A stretch of 64,000 nucleotides of DNA, from assembly GCA_964410385.1 (NCBI GenBank), contig CAYPHL010000006.1:4026-68025 (forward strand), written 5' to 3'. Under the pieces are notes generated by a model, which ran no database searches, had not been told where the DNA came from, and saw only the letters and a program-made list of their open reading frames with translations. How positions within the stretch are numbered: the stretch's first letter is position 1; each line of letters begins with the position of its first letter. Origin of the DNA: an uncultured Rikenellaceae bacterium. GTDB taxonomy: Bacteria; Bacteroidota; Bacteroidia; Bacteroidales; VadinHA17. Below are positions 1 through 8,253 of the stretch, in pieces. Both the position numbers and the translations under genes were made by a program.

Positions 1-386
1 ATCAGCGCGTTTACAAGTGTCCCCGTATAATTGCCGTATGCCGGATGAACGACCATCCCGGGTTCCTTGTTGACAACCACAACATCATCATCCTCAAAAA
101 GGATATCGAGAGGGATATCTTGTGGTATGAGTTCAATATCCCTGGGGGGATTGGGCAGCACAATCTGAATAAGATCATCCGGCTTTACCCTGTAGTTTGG
201 TTTAACAGGTATATTGTTTACAAGAATATTTCCTGCATTGGCAGCATCCTGTATCCTTGTTCGTGAGGTATTCTCAATTCTGGAAGAAAGATATTTGTCA
301 ATCCGCAGAAGCGACTGTCCGGGATCAACAGTAAACCTGTAATGCTCAAACAGCTCCTGTTGTCCGGCTAATTCTTCTTCAGACAT
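1..386 (-). CDS. rluD: RluD-family 23S rRNA pseudouridine synthase, N-terminal part (gene runs off the window start)
   Basis: Manual minus-strand translation from the ATG at 386-384 gives MSEEELAGQQELFEHYRFTVDPGQSLLRIDKYLSSRIENTSRTRIQDAANAGNILVNNIPVKPNYRVKPDDLIQIVLP...VVVVNKEPGMVVHPAYGNYTGTLVNAL. This is an S4-like module followed by the start of the RluA/RluD catalytic domain. The frame is open to position 1. The + ORF 45..266 is its antisense shadow. Confidence 0.85.
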   Translation of the reverse strand, partial: MSEEELAGQQELFEHYRFTVDPGQSLLRIDKYLSSRIENTSRTRIQDAANAGNILVNNIPVKPNYRVKPDDLIQIVLPNPPRDIELIPQDIPLDILFEDDDVVVVNKEPGMVVHPAYGNYTGTLVNAL

Positions 387-394
387 TCTCAGGA

Positions 395-2248
395 TTATTT
401 TGTTTTGATAAGCCGGCTATGACCAAGGGCCAGACCATTCCTCGAAAGTGATACTATATAAATTCCTGCCTTCAAAGCTGAGATGTCAATTTTATCATTC
501 AAAGGCACCCTTATTAATTCCTTTCCATTTATATCGGTAACTGATACAGTGTATAAACTATTATCAGGAAGATCGTTACGATCAAAACTTATGTACTCTG
601 ATGCCGGATTCGGATAAAAATGAAGTTTATTTCTACTGTTCTGGTAAATATCATGAACTGAAGTATTTACAGGACGACCCACAACAGGCCTTATCATCAG
701 GGTACCTGATTTCTGGGAGGTGAACCATGTGCCGTTCATCCAGTAGAGCAGGTTCCCCCTGTGAGGTGTATTTACATCAAATCCTGCATTAAGGAAGGTT
801 TCTGACCGTTGTTTCCAGCCGACATAAAAAATATTTTCCACGGCTACTCCCGAGGGAAGAAAATATGTATGGAAACCGTTGATATCATCTCCCTGTTCTA
901 CCATTACTTCCTGCCGTGAATAAAGGACATCTCCCGGTATTCCGTTATTATCTTTCCAGACCATCAGGCCGAAGGCTCTCTGGTTGGAATTCATGTAACT
1001 ATCATTGAAGCAAATACTTATTGCCCTAAGAGTATCCTTTGTATAGGATCTGAACCTGTATGCAACCATGGCATTCCGTGATCCGAGTCCGTTAACTCCG
1101 TACCCCGCTTCTGCCGACCCGTCGTCAAATGCAAAGTAATTATGAAATTTCTGGAAATATGTGACAGTGTCATTTCCCTTCGGATCGAAGTCATCTGTAA
1201 TAAGCCAGCTGGTCACCTTAAACAGAGCTGAATCACGGTTGAATGTATTAAAGGTATAGAACAGATTGGCATCATAATCCACATTGGTTAGAGGATCGAT
1301 GTTGGTAGCACCTGCAGAAAACGATAAAGCTTCCGTATTATCATATACATCCCATATTTTAAAATACCTTGTAACATTTCTGACTATTGTATCATTATTC
1401 CTGTATTTTATCGGTATTGTGGCTCCCATTTCCTGGAGATAGATCTGATTGAATTGAGTGACAGGCATTGCCTCATGATTTTTGAGGAGGGAGCGGAAGG
1501 GTTTACGGAATGCGACATCGGGGAATATTGTATCTCCCTCATTTCTGTTCCTGTCGAGAAGAACATAATCGATATTCCAGTGATCACAGTTGCCGGTCAT
1601 AGACGGATCGTTCACATTCGGGCTAAGGCTTGCGTAATTGCTGAATCTGAACCTGAATCCTTTCCTGAGGAATTTTTCCTGATCTATTTTCAGAAGGACG
1701 GGTCTGAAACCGTCAGCAGAATCTCCGGCAGCGTTCCACACTGAATACCATCTTTTGTCCAGGGGAGAATACATCTGGAGAGTGAGAGAATCATTCCCTT
1801 CCGGGATGTCACCTAATCCCCCCGGCTGATAGTAAAAGCTCAGCCATATATTATCGGACGGAGAGAAACTGAGATCAATAGGTTGTGATGTAAGGTAATC
1901 TGCTTTGAAAGAAGTTTCTGATGCGTTATCATATAAGCGTCCGGAACTGTTCAGCGCGTCAAAGGTGGCTATGCCGCTTGTTATCTGCTTATCAGAATAT
2001 GTATTATTTATAAAGACATAGTCATCGCTCCATTTCCTGTTATCCGGGAAAACATCACTGCCGGAAAAATCGTCAAAGAACGGAAGCTTAAGGGTATCGG
2101 CAGCAATAGATCTGGCTGAGAGAGAGTATGTTTTTTTCAGCAGGGGGTTGGATGTCAGTCCCGTGACAATTTCCTGTCCTGTCAGGATCAATGGACAGGA
2201 CAAAATGAGAATAATATTTGTTAAAGTCCTTAATATCATCAGGATCAT
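395..2248 (-). CDS. Secreted protein of unknown function with a T9SS (Por) C-terminal sorting domain
   Basis: 617 aa. N-terminal signal peptide (ILILSCPLILTGQE). The C-terminus LHFYPNPASEYISF...ALKAGIYIVSLSRNG...LIKTK matches the type IX secretion CTD pattern. The ATGA start/stop overlaps the upstream PASTA gene. Confidence 0.7.
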   Translation of the reverse strand: MILMILRTLTNIILILSCPLILTGQEIVTGLTSNPLLKKTYSLSARSIAADTLKLPFFDDFSGSDVFPDNRKWSDDYVFINNTYSDKQITSGIATFDALNSSGRLYDNASETSFKADYLTSQPIDLSFSPSDNIWLSFYYQPGGLGDIPEGNDSLTLQMYSPLDKRWYSVWNAAGDSADGFRPVLLKIDQEKFLRKGFRFRFSNYASLSPNVNDPSMTGNCDHWNIDYVLLDRNRNEGDTIFPDVAFRKPFRSLLKNHEAMPVTQFNQIYLQEMGATIPIKYRNNDTIVRNVTRYFKIWDVYDNTEALSFSAGATNIDPLTNVDYDANLFYTFNTFNRDSALFKVTSWLITDDFDPKGNDTVTYFQKFHNYFAFDDGSAEAGYGVNGLGSRNAMVAYRFRSYTKDTLRAISICFNDSYMNSNQRAFGLMVWKDNNGIPGDVLYSRQEVMVEQGDDINGFHTYFLPSGVAVENIFYVGWKQRSETFLNAGFDVNTPHRGNLLYWMNGTWFTSQKSGTLMIRPVVGRPVNTSVHDIYQNSRNKLHFYPNPASEYISFDRNDLPDNSLYTVSVTDINGKELIRVPLNDKIDISALKAGIYIVSLSRNGLALGHSRLIKTK

Positions 2249-3096
2249 TTAACCTTTCGGGAAAAGAGAGCCGCTGTGATCGTAGTATCAGGGACAGCCA
2301 TTGTCGAGTCTGACGGGAGCTTGAGAGAATCTGTTGTCATCCATAGATATATTGATGATCCCAGCTGAAGTGTCGCATCATACCTGTATTCAGGATTCTG
2401 TTTATAGACAAATGCTTTTAGGCTGTCCTCGCCAGTACGTATTGTATTGTCGAAAATGAAGGTTCCCAGATTAAGCGATGTACTAAGTATCCTGTCGGTG
2501 GCTGATTCAAGGGTCATACCTATCAGGTCGGGCACAGGAGTACGCTGGTTGCTTAATCCCTTTCCCAGTACCAGGTCGATGACCGAACCTTTCTGTATCG
2601 AATCACCCGGTGTTATATCTCTGCTGTTATATAGTTGATTGAGAACTACATTAATCGAAAGATCGGGCTTATATCTTAATGATCCCATAACCAGTCCGGA
2701 GCTTTCGATAAGAGCTATTGCCTGCCTTAGCGGAAGATCGACAAGATCAGGTACGGCAACCATTTCGGGACGGAAAGCATTGATTGTAAGAGCTACATTT
2801 CTCCACTTCTTTACTTTAAAACCTGGCCTGGGATTCTGTTCTGCAACACAACCTCGCATTACAGTCGTAGTATAAACGGAATCTATTACATGATACCTCA
2901 TTTTGGATTTCTTTGCCTGAACTTTGACCGCCTCCATATTAAGACCCACTAAATCGGGAACGGGAACAGCCTGTCCGTGCCTAGTATACAGATTCAGTCC
3001 TATAAGCAATATCATCAATACCCCGAATATGATAATGAATGCAATACCAAGCTGTTTCAGGAACAGTCTACTTAATATGAAATTCTTTAAGCTCAT
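2245..3096 (-). CDS. PASTA domain-containing membrane protein
   Basis: 283 aa. N-terminal TM helix, then three repeats each opening with VPDL(V/I)G/D, the typical PASTA repeat start. Confidence 0.8.
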   Translation of the reverse strand: MSLKNFILSRLFLKQLGIAFIIIFGVLMILLIGLNLYTRHGQAVPVPDLVGLNMEAVKVQAKKSKMRYHVIDSVYTTTVMRGCVAEQNPRPGFKVKKWRNVALTINAFRPEMVAVPDLVDLPLRQAIALIESSGLVMGSLRYKPDLSINVVLNQLYNSRDITPGDSIQKGSVIDLVLGKGLSNQRTPVPDLIGMTLESATDRILSTSLNLGTFIFDNTIRTGEDSLKAFVYKQNPEYRYDATLQLGSSIYLWMTTDSLKLPSDSTMAVPDTTITAALFSRKVK

Positions 3097-3106
3097 ACAG
3101 GCAAGA

Positions 3107-3134
3107 TGTACATTTTAGATAACGCAAATGTACA
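3107..3134 (-). promoter_or_regulatory. Intercistronic hairpin between the mqn-family gene and the PASTA gene
   Basis: tgtacattt (3107-3115) pairs perfectly with aaatgtaca (3126-3134) across a 10-nt loop. There is no U tract. It lies 10 nt after the upstream stop and 11 nt before the PASTA ATG. Confidence 0.3.
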
Positions 3135-3144
3135 GATAAAATTA

Positions 3145-4248
3145 TTAATTGATCCTGTTATATAGGGAGTCACGTTCAACCGGAATGTAGCCTGCTTCCG
3201 AAATGAGTTTGCAGATCTCCCCGCTTGTCATTACGGGATTCTTTTCACCGGAACCGGCCATTGAGTATATCTTTGTTGTATCATCGATAGTTCCGTCAAG
3301 ATCATCTGCACCGAATGAAAGGCTTATCTGTGCCACAGTTCTTCCGGTCATAGGCCAGTAAGCTTTCAGGTGAGGGATATTATCAAGAAAGATCCTGGCA
3401 ACGGCATAGTTCCGGAGATCTTCAATTATGCTGACTTCTCCTAAATGCGACATTCTGTTATTTGCCTTTTTGAATTTGAGGGGGATGAAAGCATTGAAGC
3501 CCATGGTTCTGTCCTGGAGAATCCTCAGCCTGTTCATATGATCAATCCTGTGGGCATAGGTCTCTATGTGCCCGTAAAGCATGGTTGCATTTGAAGATAT
3601 TCCGGTTTTGTGGGCAGTCTCGTGGATCATCAGCCATTGTCCGGATGTGGTCTTTTCATTACTTATCTGTTCTCTGAGCTGCTCATCAAATATTTCAGCT
3701 CCTCCTCCGGGGATTGAATCCAGGCCATAATCCTTGAGAAGAGCAAGCCCTTTATCGGGTGTCAGACCCGCCATTCTTATCATGTGATCGAGTTCGACTG
3801 CCGAGAATGCTTTTACATGAAGCGAGGGTCTGTGTCCCTTTATCCTGCTGATAAGACTCCCGTAAAAATGAATATCATGTGAGGGGTGCACACCACCTGT
3901 AATATGCACTTCCGTTACATTTTTTCCGTCGAACCTGCGCAGAGTATTCAGCATATCATCATGACTGTAGTCCCAGCTTTCGGGATCTCCCGCCGGCCTC
4001 CTGTAGGAACAGAAACGACAGTTATAAATGCAAATGTTTGTCGGTTCAATATGGAAATTCCTGTTATAATATGCATAATTGCCGTTTTTCCTGCGTCTGA
4101 CTACCGAAGCAAGCAGTCCGAGGAGGGCAAGGTCGGCTTTTTCATAGAGAACCAGACCTTCTCCGGGAGTAAGTCTTGTACCCGATATTGTCTTTCCGGC
4201 TATTTCCCTCAGTTCTTTATCGGCAATATAATCAGGGATCAGACTCAT
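3145..4248 (-). CDS. Radical SAM enzyme of the CofH/MqnE/MqnC family (futalosine-route menaquinone biosynthesis)
   Basis: 367 aa. CxxxCxxC cluster motif in NICIYNCRFCSY, TGG glycine-rich segment, and C-terminal DDLDGTIDD segment typical of the MqnC/MqnE/CofH group. I cannot separate MqnE from MqnC by eye. Confidence 0.7.
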   Translation of the reverse strand: MSLIPDYIADKELREIAGKTISGTRLTPGEGLVLYEKADLALLGLLASVVRRRKNGNYAYYNRNFHIEPTNICIYNCRFCSYRRPAGDPESWDYSHDDMLNTLRRFDGKNVTEVHITGGVHPSHDIHFYGSLISRIKGHRPSLHVKAFSAVELDHMIRMAGLTPDKGLALLKDYGLDSIPGGGAEIFDEQLREQISNEKTTSGQWLMIHETAHKTGISSNATMLYGHIETYAHRIDHMNRLRILQDRTMGFNAFIPLKFKKANNRMSHLGEVSIIEDLRNYAVARIFLDNIPHLKAYWPMTGRTVAQISLSFGADDLDGTIDDTTKIYSMAGSGEKNPVMTSGEICKLISEAGYIPVERDSLYNRIN

Positions 4249-4261
4249 AGTGTAAAATTAA

Positions 4262-4289
4262 CAAAAAAGGCGCCCTGTATGGCACCTTT
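4262..4289 (-). terminator. Intrinsic terminator downstream of rpmH
   Basis: The minus-strand RNA reads aaaggugcc-auacag-ggcgccuuu followed by uuuguu: a 9-bp stem (one G-U pair) plus a U tract, 23 nt past the rpmH stop. Confidence 0.65.
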
Positions 4290-4311
4290 CAGATAATATT
4301 TCAGATCAGAT

Positions 4312-4470
4312 TCAGCCTTTCAGCTTCAGCTCTGATGATACAGTTAGTTTCTTTCTGCCCTTTGCCCTGCGTGAAGCAAGAACTCTTCTTCCATCATGTG
4401 TTGACATTCTTTCCCTGAACCCGTGCTTGTTTGCTCTTTTCCTTCTGGAAGGCTGAAAAGTCCTTTTCAT
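4312..4470 (-). CDS. rpmH: 50S ribosomal protein L34
   Basis: Not in the ORF track (52 aa). Manual translation: [52 protein letters not shown], the canonical L34 sequence pattern. Confidence 0.9.
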   Translation of the reverse strand: MKRTFQPSRRKRANKHGFRERMSTHDGRRVLASRRAKGRKKLTVSSELKLKG

Positions 4471-4512
4471 CTGTTAATAATTTTAAATTTCTCTGGCTTT
4501 AATTTGAGACCG

Positions 4513-4520
4513 CAAATATA
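4513..4520 (-). promoter_or_regulatory. Candidate Bacteroidota -7 promoter box (TAnnTTTG) for rpmH
   Basis: The minus strand reads TATATTTG, 42 nt upstream of the rpmH ATG. Confidence 0.4.
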
Positions 4521-4558
4521 GTTAAATTTTCAAATAATAAAATCATAGCGGATATTTT

Positions 4559-4602
4559 TTAACCGCAAAGAGCGCAAAGGTTATCACAAAGGGCACAAAG
4601 GG
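4559..4602. repeat. Single copy of the 43-bp CRCAAAG/CTTTGYG module repeat (family 1)
   Basis: ttaaccgcaaagagcgcaaaggttatcacaaagggcacaaaggg: TTAACC followed by four CRCAAAG cores spaced 9, 12, 9 nt. Lies 37 nt past the rsmG stop and upstream of the rpmH promoter. Confidence 0.75.
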
Positions 4603-4638
4603 ATAAAGTAATTTAACAATATTTGCGAATAGAAAAGA

Positions 4639-5271
4639 TTAAGAAAAAGGTACAGGGAGGTAGACTATTTTCTTTGTTTCGAAGAATGGTTCGGGGAACA
4701 AATCCTTTATTTCCCATATCCTGACTGAACTGCCAAAACTCCCCAGTTCGCGGTTCAGATCGCCGCCTTTCAGACAGATTATACCATTTACCGGGTTGTT
4801 TTCGCTATTTGAAATTATATTCTTTTTTGTCAGTTGAACAAAAGCCGGGAATTCCATTACAGCCCTGCTGATTATAAAGTCAAATTTGCCGGTTTCCTCT
4901 TCAATTCTTTTTCTTATGAATCTGACATTATCAAGTCTTAATTCATCAGCGACTGCTGCTACAACTTTAATCTTTTTGCCTATTGAATCAAGAAGTGTGA
5001 ATTCCGAACCTGGAAAGAGAATAGAAAGAGGTATTCCGGGAAATCCTCCTCCGGTTCCAACGTCAAGGATCCGGGTTCCGGGCATGAAATTGAAAATTCT
5101 GGCGATTGACAAGGAATGAAGGACATGGTGAATGTAGAAATTTTCAATATCCTTTCTTGAAATGACATTTATCCTGCTGTTCCACTCTTCATACAGCGGT
5201 TTGAGAGATGAAATTTTCTTTCTCTGAACTTCTGAGAGGGACGGGAAATATCTGAAAATTATTTCAGGCAT
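4639..5271 (-). CDS. rsmG: 16S rRNA (guanine527-N7)-methyltransferase RsmG (GidB)
   Basis: 210 aa. SAM-binding motif ILDVGTGGGFPGIPLSI. Typical RsmG length and layout. Confidence 0.9.
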   Translation of the reverse strand: MPEIIFRYFPSLSEVQRKKISSLKPLYEEWNSRINVISRKDIENFYIHHVLHSLSIARIFNFMPGTRILDVGTGGGFPGIPLSILFPGSEFTLLDSIGKKIKVVAAVADELRLDNVRFIRKRIEEETGKFDFIISRAVMEFPAFVQLTKKNIISNSENNPVNGIICLKGGDLNRELGSFGSSVRIWEIKDLFPEPFFETKKIVYLPVPFS

Positions 5272-5867
5272 TACCTGGCGCCGGTTTTCACGAATATATT
5301 GTAAAGCAGGGTCTTGGCCCGGTATAACTGTGCTTTAACAGTTCCTATCGGTATTTTAAGCTCCGCTGATATCTCCTCATAGGAAAATTCCTTGTAATAT
5401 CTGAGCTCTATTATCTCCCTGTAGGGCGATTTCAGCTGGGTTACTATTTTCCTGAGAGTGGCTATCTTCTGGTCATTTATCAGCGCCTCTTCAGGATCGG
5501 GGAGGTCAGACTGGATATTTACTGTCATCGTATCCATGATGTCCTTATCCTGATTGACAGGGATGGGCGATGATTGCTTTTTCCTGATGAAATCGATGCA
5601 ATTGTTGGTAGCAATCATGAAAAGCCATGTGCTGAATGCAAAGCGTGGCGTATAGCTGTCGATGCTCCTGAATGCCTTGCCGAAGGCCTCAATAGTAAGA
5701 TCCTCGGCATCAATCGGATTATTTACCATTTTCAGCAGCATGAAATAAATTGAATCCCTGTAACGGTTCATCAGCCCGGCAAAAGCCTTTTCATTACCTT
5801 TTTTTGCATCTTCTACAAGAATAAGGTCGGCCTTCGCTTTTTCTGAAAGCTCCTGGTTTACTTCCAT
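5271..5867 (-). CDS. ECF-type (sigma-24 family) RNA polymerase sigma factor
   Basis: 198 aa. Region 2 (FSTWLFMIATNNCIDFIRKK) and region 4 HTH (EISAELKIPIGTVKAQLYRAK). TAATG overlap with rsmG and a 10-nt overlap with the upstream GT2 gene. Confidence 0.85.
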   Translation of the reverse strand: MEVNQELSEKAKADLILVEDAKKGNEKAFAGLMNRYRDSIYFMLLKMVNNPIDAEDLTIEAFGKAFRSIDSYTPRFAFSTWLFMIATNNCIDFIRKKQSSPIPVNQDKDIMDTMTVNIQSDLPDPEEALINDQKIATLRKIVTQLKSPYREIIELRYYKEFSYEEISAELKIPIGTVKAQLYRAKTLLYNIFVKTGAR

Positions 5868-6988
5868 TTGTTTTTACCCGATCTGCTAATTGTATTGCTA
5901 AGAAAAATTACACTGTTTATCACAGGGGAAAAGATATCAAAAAACAATGAATATCCGGCTATCCCCTTTTCGTTTAATATCTTCTGTCCCTGAACAAGGA
6001 CTATAATCTGGCTTATCAATCTCATTCCGAAAATCGCTGCGGTGACCTGCCACAGGAATAATGGTATCATCAGTATTATGAAAGAAATATAGAAAAGCAT
6101 CCTGGTGAGAGGTTCCGTGATTATCATGAATTTATGCCGTGTCTTATAATACGGGGCGGCAGTAAAATGTCTTTTTTTCTGTATTATCCAGTCTTTGAGG
6201 GTGGTACAGGGTACCGACATCGTGTGGCTGTCTTTCCTGAAATCTACCCGGGTATTTGTTCCGGTGGCGTTGGCATTTACAAAAAGATCATCATCGCCTG
6301 AGATCACATGGGTGTGCCCTTCGAATCCCTTCTTCCTGAAAAACAACGATTTTCTGTATGCCATATTACGACCCACACCCATATAGGGGATACCTCTTAT
6401 CGCCATTCCCAGATATTGAAGCGCTATCATAAAAGTATCATAACGGATATATTTGTTCAGCAGGCCTTTCCTTTTCATATATCCGCTATAACCCAGTACA
6501 AGCTCGGTCTTTTCATCAAAATTTGATGTCATTCCTGTTATCCATCCCCTTGATGCTGCCCTGCAATCAGAATCTGTAAAAAGGAGTATTTCATTCGAAG
6601 CTGCCTTGATCCCGATGAACTGGGCAAATTTCTTGTTATGTGTGAAACGGGGATCTTTACTGACTGTTGATATCTTTAGTCCCGGATATTTAAGAAGGAA
6701 ACTTCCAAGTACACTATAGGTGTCATCCTCCGAGCAATCATCTACCACGACGACTTCAAAATCGGGATAATCCTGCTCCAGGATTGAAGGGAGGAAATTG
6801 CGCAGGTTCTCTGCTTCATTTCTTGCACAGATTATAACTGAAACAGGCTGCCTGCCGGTATTTGCCTGGGGATGCCTGTATCGGGGGACTGCATAATAGA
6901 ACCGGAGATAATAGATCAATTGCACCGCTGCTGACAGTGCAAATACAATAAATACGACCGAAAGGAACAGGTTTTCCTGAAAAATCAT
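5858..6988 (-). CDS. Family 2 glycosyltransferase, membrane-associated
   Basis: 376 aa. VSVIICARNEAENL, DDCSEDDT and DSDC motifs of the GT-A/GT2 fold. N- and C-terminal TM helices. Confidence 0.8.
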   Translation of the reverse strand: MIFQENLFLSVVFIVFALSAAVQLIYYLRFYYAVPRYRHPQANTGRQPVSVIICARNEAENLRNFLPSILEQDYPDFEVVVVDDCSEDDTYSVLGSFLLKYPGLKISTVSKDPRFTHNKKFAQFIGIKAASNEILLFTDSDCRAASRGWITGMTSNFDEKTELVLGYSGYMKRKGLLNKYIRYDTFMIALQYLGMAIRGIPYMGVGRNMAYRKSLFFRKKGFEGHTHVISGDDDLFVNANATGTNTRVDFRKDSHTMSVPCTTLKDWIIQKKRHFTAAPYYKTRHKFMIITEPLTRMLFYISFIILMIPLFLWQVTAAIFGMRLISQIIVLVQGQKILNEKGIAGYSLFFDIFSPVINSVIFLSNTISRSGKNKWK

Positions 6989-7093
6989 TGAACTTTCATA
7001 ATCCGGTCACAATATTAGCAAGATAATCGGAATCCGGGAGAATAGTTTTCAACAAAAATTATCTTATAATTTTCTAAGGCCGCATGGATGAAT

Positions 7094-7101
7094 TACATTT
7101 G
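7094..7101 (+). promoter_or_regulatory. Candidate -7 box (TAnnTTTG) for tgt
   Basis: TACATTTG, 24 nt upstream of the ATG at 7126. Confidence 0.45.
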
Positions 7102-7125
7102 TGCTGCTGTTTACGGTGCATTTTT

Positions 7126-8253
7126 ATGTTTGAAATCAGGACAAAAGATAAGGATACAAGAGCCAGGACGGGTGTTCTCCGGACAGACCACGGGGATATT
7201 CCTACTCCAATCTTCATGCCTGTAGGTACCGGCGGAACCGTGAAAGGTATACTTCAGCGTGATCTGGAGGAAGATATTGATGCAAGGATCATCCTGGGAA
7301 ATACCTATCATCTCTATCTTCGTCCGGGTACTGAAATACTTAAAGAGGCCGGAGGACTTCACAGGTTCATGTCATGGAAAAGGCCTGTACTCACTGACAG
7401 TGGCGGTTATCAGGTATTCTCACTTGCAAACAACAGAAAGCTGACAGACGAAGGGGTTGTGTTCAAATCCCATATTGACGGATCCAGACATGTATTTACA
7501 CCAGAGAATACAGTAGATATTCAGAGGGTAATAGGGGCCGATATAATTATGGTCCTTGACGAGTGCGCCCCTTTTCCGTGCGATCACCGGTATGCACAAA
7601 AATCTGTTGAGCTGACCCATCAATGGCTCGACAGGGCTGTTGAAAGATTCCGGAGCAGTGAACCTGTATGGGGATGGCAACAGTATCTTTTCCCTATTGT
7701 CCAGGGCGGGATTTTTGATGATCTCAGAAAATTATCTGCAGAAAAGATAGCTTCGAAAGGTATGGCCGGCAATGCGATCGGAGGATTATCGGTCGGGGAA
7801 CCTGCAGAAGAGATGTACAGGACTATCGAGATCGTTAATGAGATACTGCCCGAAGACAGGCCAAGATACCTGATGGGGGTGGGGACCCCTGCAAATATCC
7901 TCGAAGCCATAGAAAGAGGTATCGACATGTTCGATTGTGTTATGCCAACCCGTAACGGACGTAACGGAATGCTTTTTACATCACAGGGGATAATAAACAT
8001 AAGGAACAAACGATGGGCAAACGATTTCAGTCCGATAGATCCTGAAGGACCATCGGCAGTAAGCCTTATATACTCAAAGGCCTATCTGAGACATCTTGTG
8101 ATTTCCGGCGAAATGCTTGGAGGACAGATTTCAAGCCTTCAGAACCTGGCATTCTATCTGAAACTGGCTGAAGATGCCAGGAAAAAAATTGAGGAAGGGG
8201 ATTTTAAAAGATGGAAAGACAAAACGATAAAAAAGGTCTCGGAAAAAATCTGA
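7126..8253 (+). CDS. tgt: Queuine tRNA-ribosyltransferase (tRNA-guanine transglycosylase)
   Basis: MFEIRTKDKDTRARTG..., LDEC, GLSVGEP and MPTRNGRNG motifs. I prefer the internal ATG at 7126 (M15 of the track ORF) because a TAnnTTTG box lies at 7094-7101, inside the longer ORF. Confidence 0.93.
   Translation: MFEIRTKDKDTRARTGVLRTDHGDIPTPIFMPVGTGGTVKGILQRDLEEDIDARIILGNTYHLYLRPGTEILKEAGGLHRFMSWKRPVLTDSGGYQVFSLANNRKLTDEGVVFKSHIDGSRHVFTPENTVDIQRVIGADIIMVLDECAPFPCDHRYAQKSVELTHQWLDRAVERFRSSEPVWGWQQYLFPIVQGGIFDDLRKLSAEKIASKGMAGNAIGGLSVGEPAEEMYRTIEIVNEILPEDRPRYLMGVGTPANILEAIERGIDMFDCVMPTRNGRNGMLFTSQGIINIRNKRWANDFSPIDPEGPSAVSLIYSKAYLRHLVISGEMLGGQISSLQNLAFYLKLAEDARKKIEEGDFKRWKDKTIKKVSEKI

Noticed and set aside
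4471-4638. Possible replication origin, because rpmH and rsmG (gidB) are classical oriC neighbours and the gap is AT-rich
   Set aside because: There is no cluster of DnaA boxes. The ttatcacaa in the repeat fails the TTATNCACA consensus at position 6. No dnaA gene is adjacent, the gap is only 168 bp, and most of it is explained by the rpmH promoter and a family-1 repeat module.
7084-7125. N-terminal extensions in ORF-track models (tgt 7084, ispE 12323, OMP 28771, meaB 29988, HK 34589, GH38 43258, smpB 54481, M64 62040)
   Set aside because: In each case an internal Met gives the canonical family N-terminus or a clean signal peptide. The extension either overlaps a neighbouring gene or contains a promoter box, so the shorter models were used.
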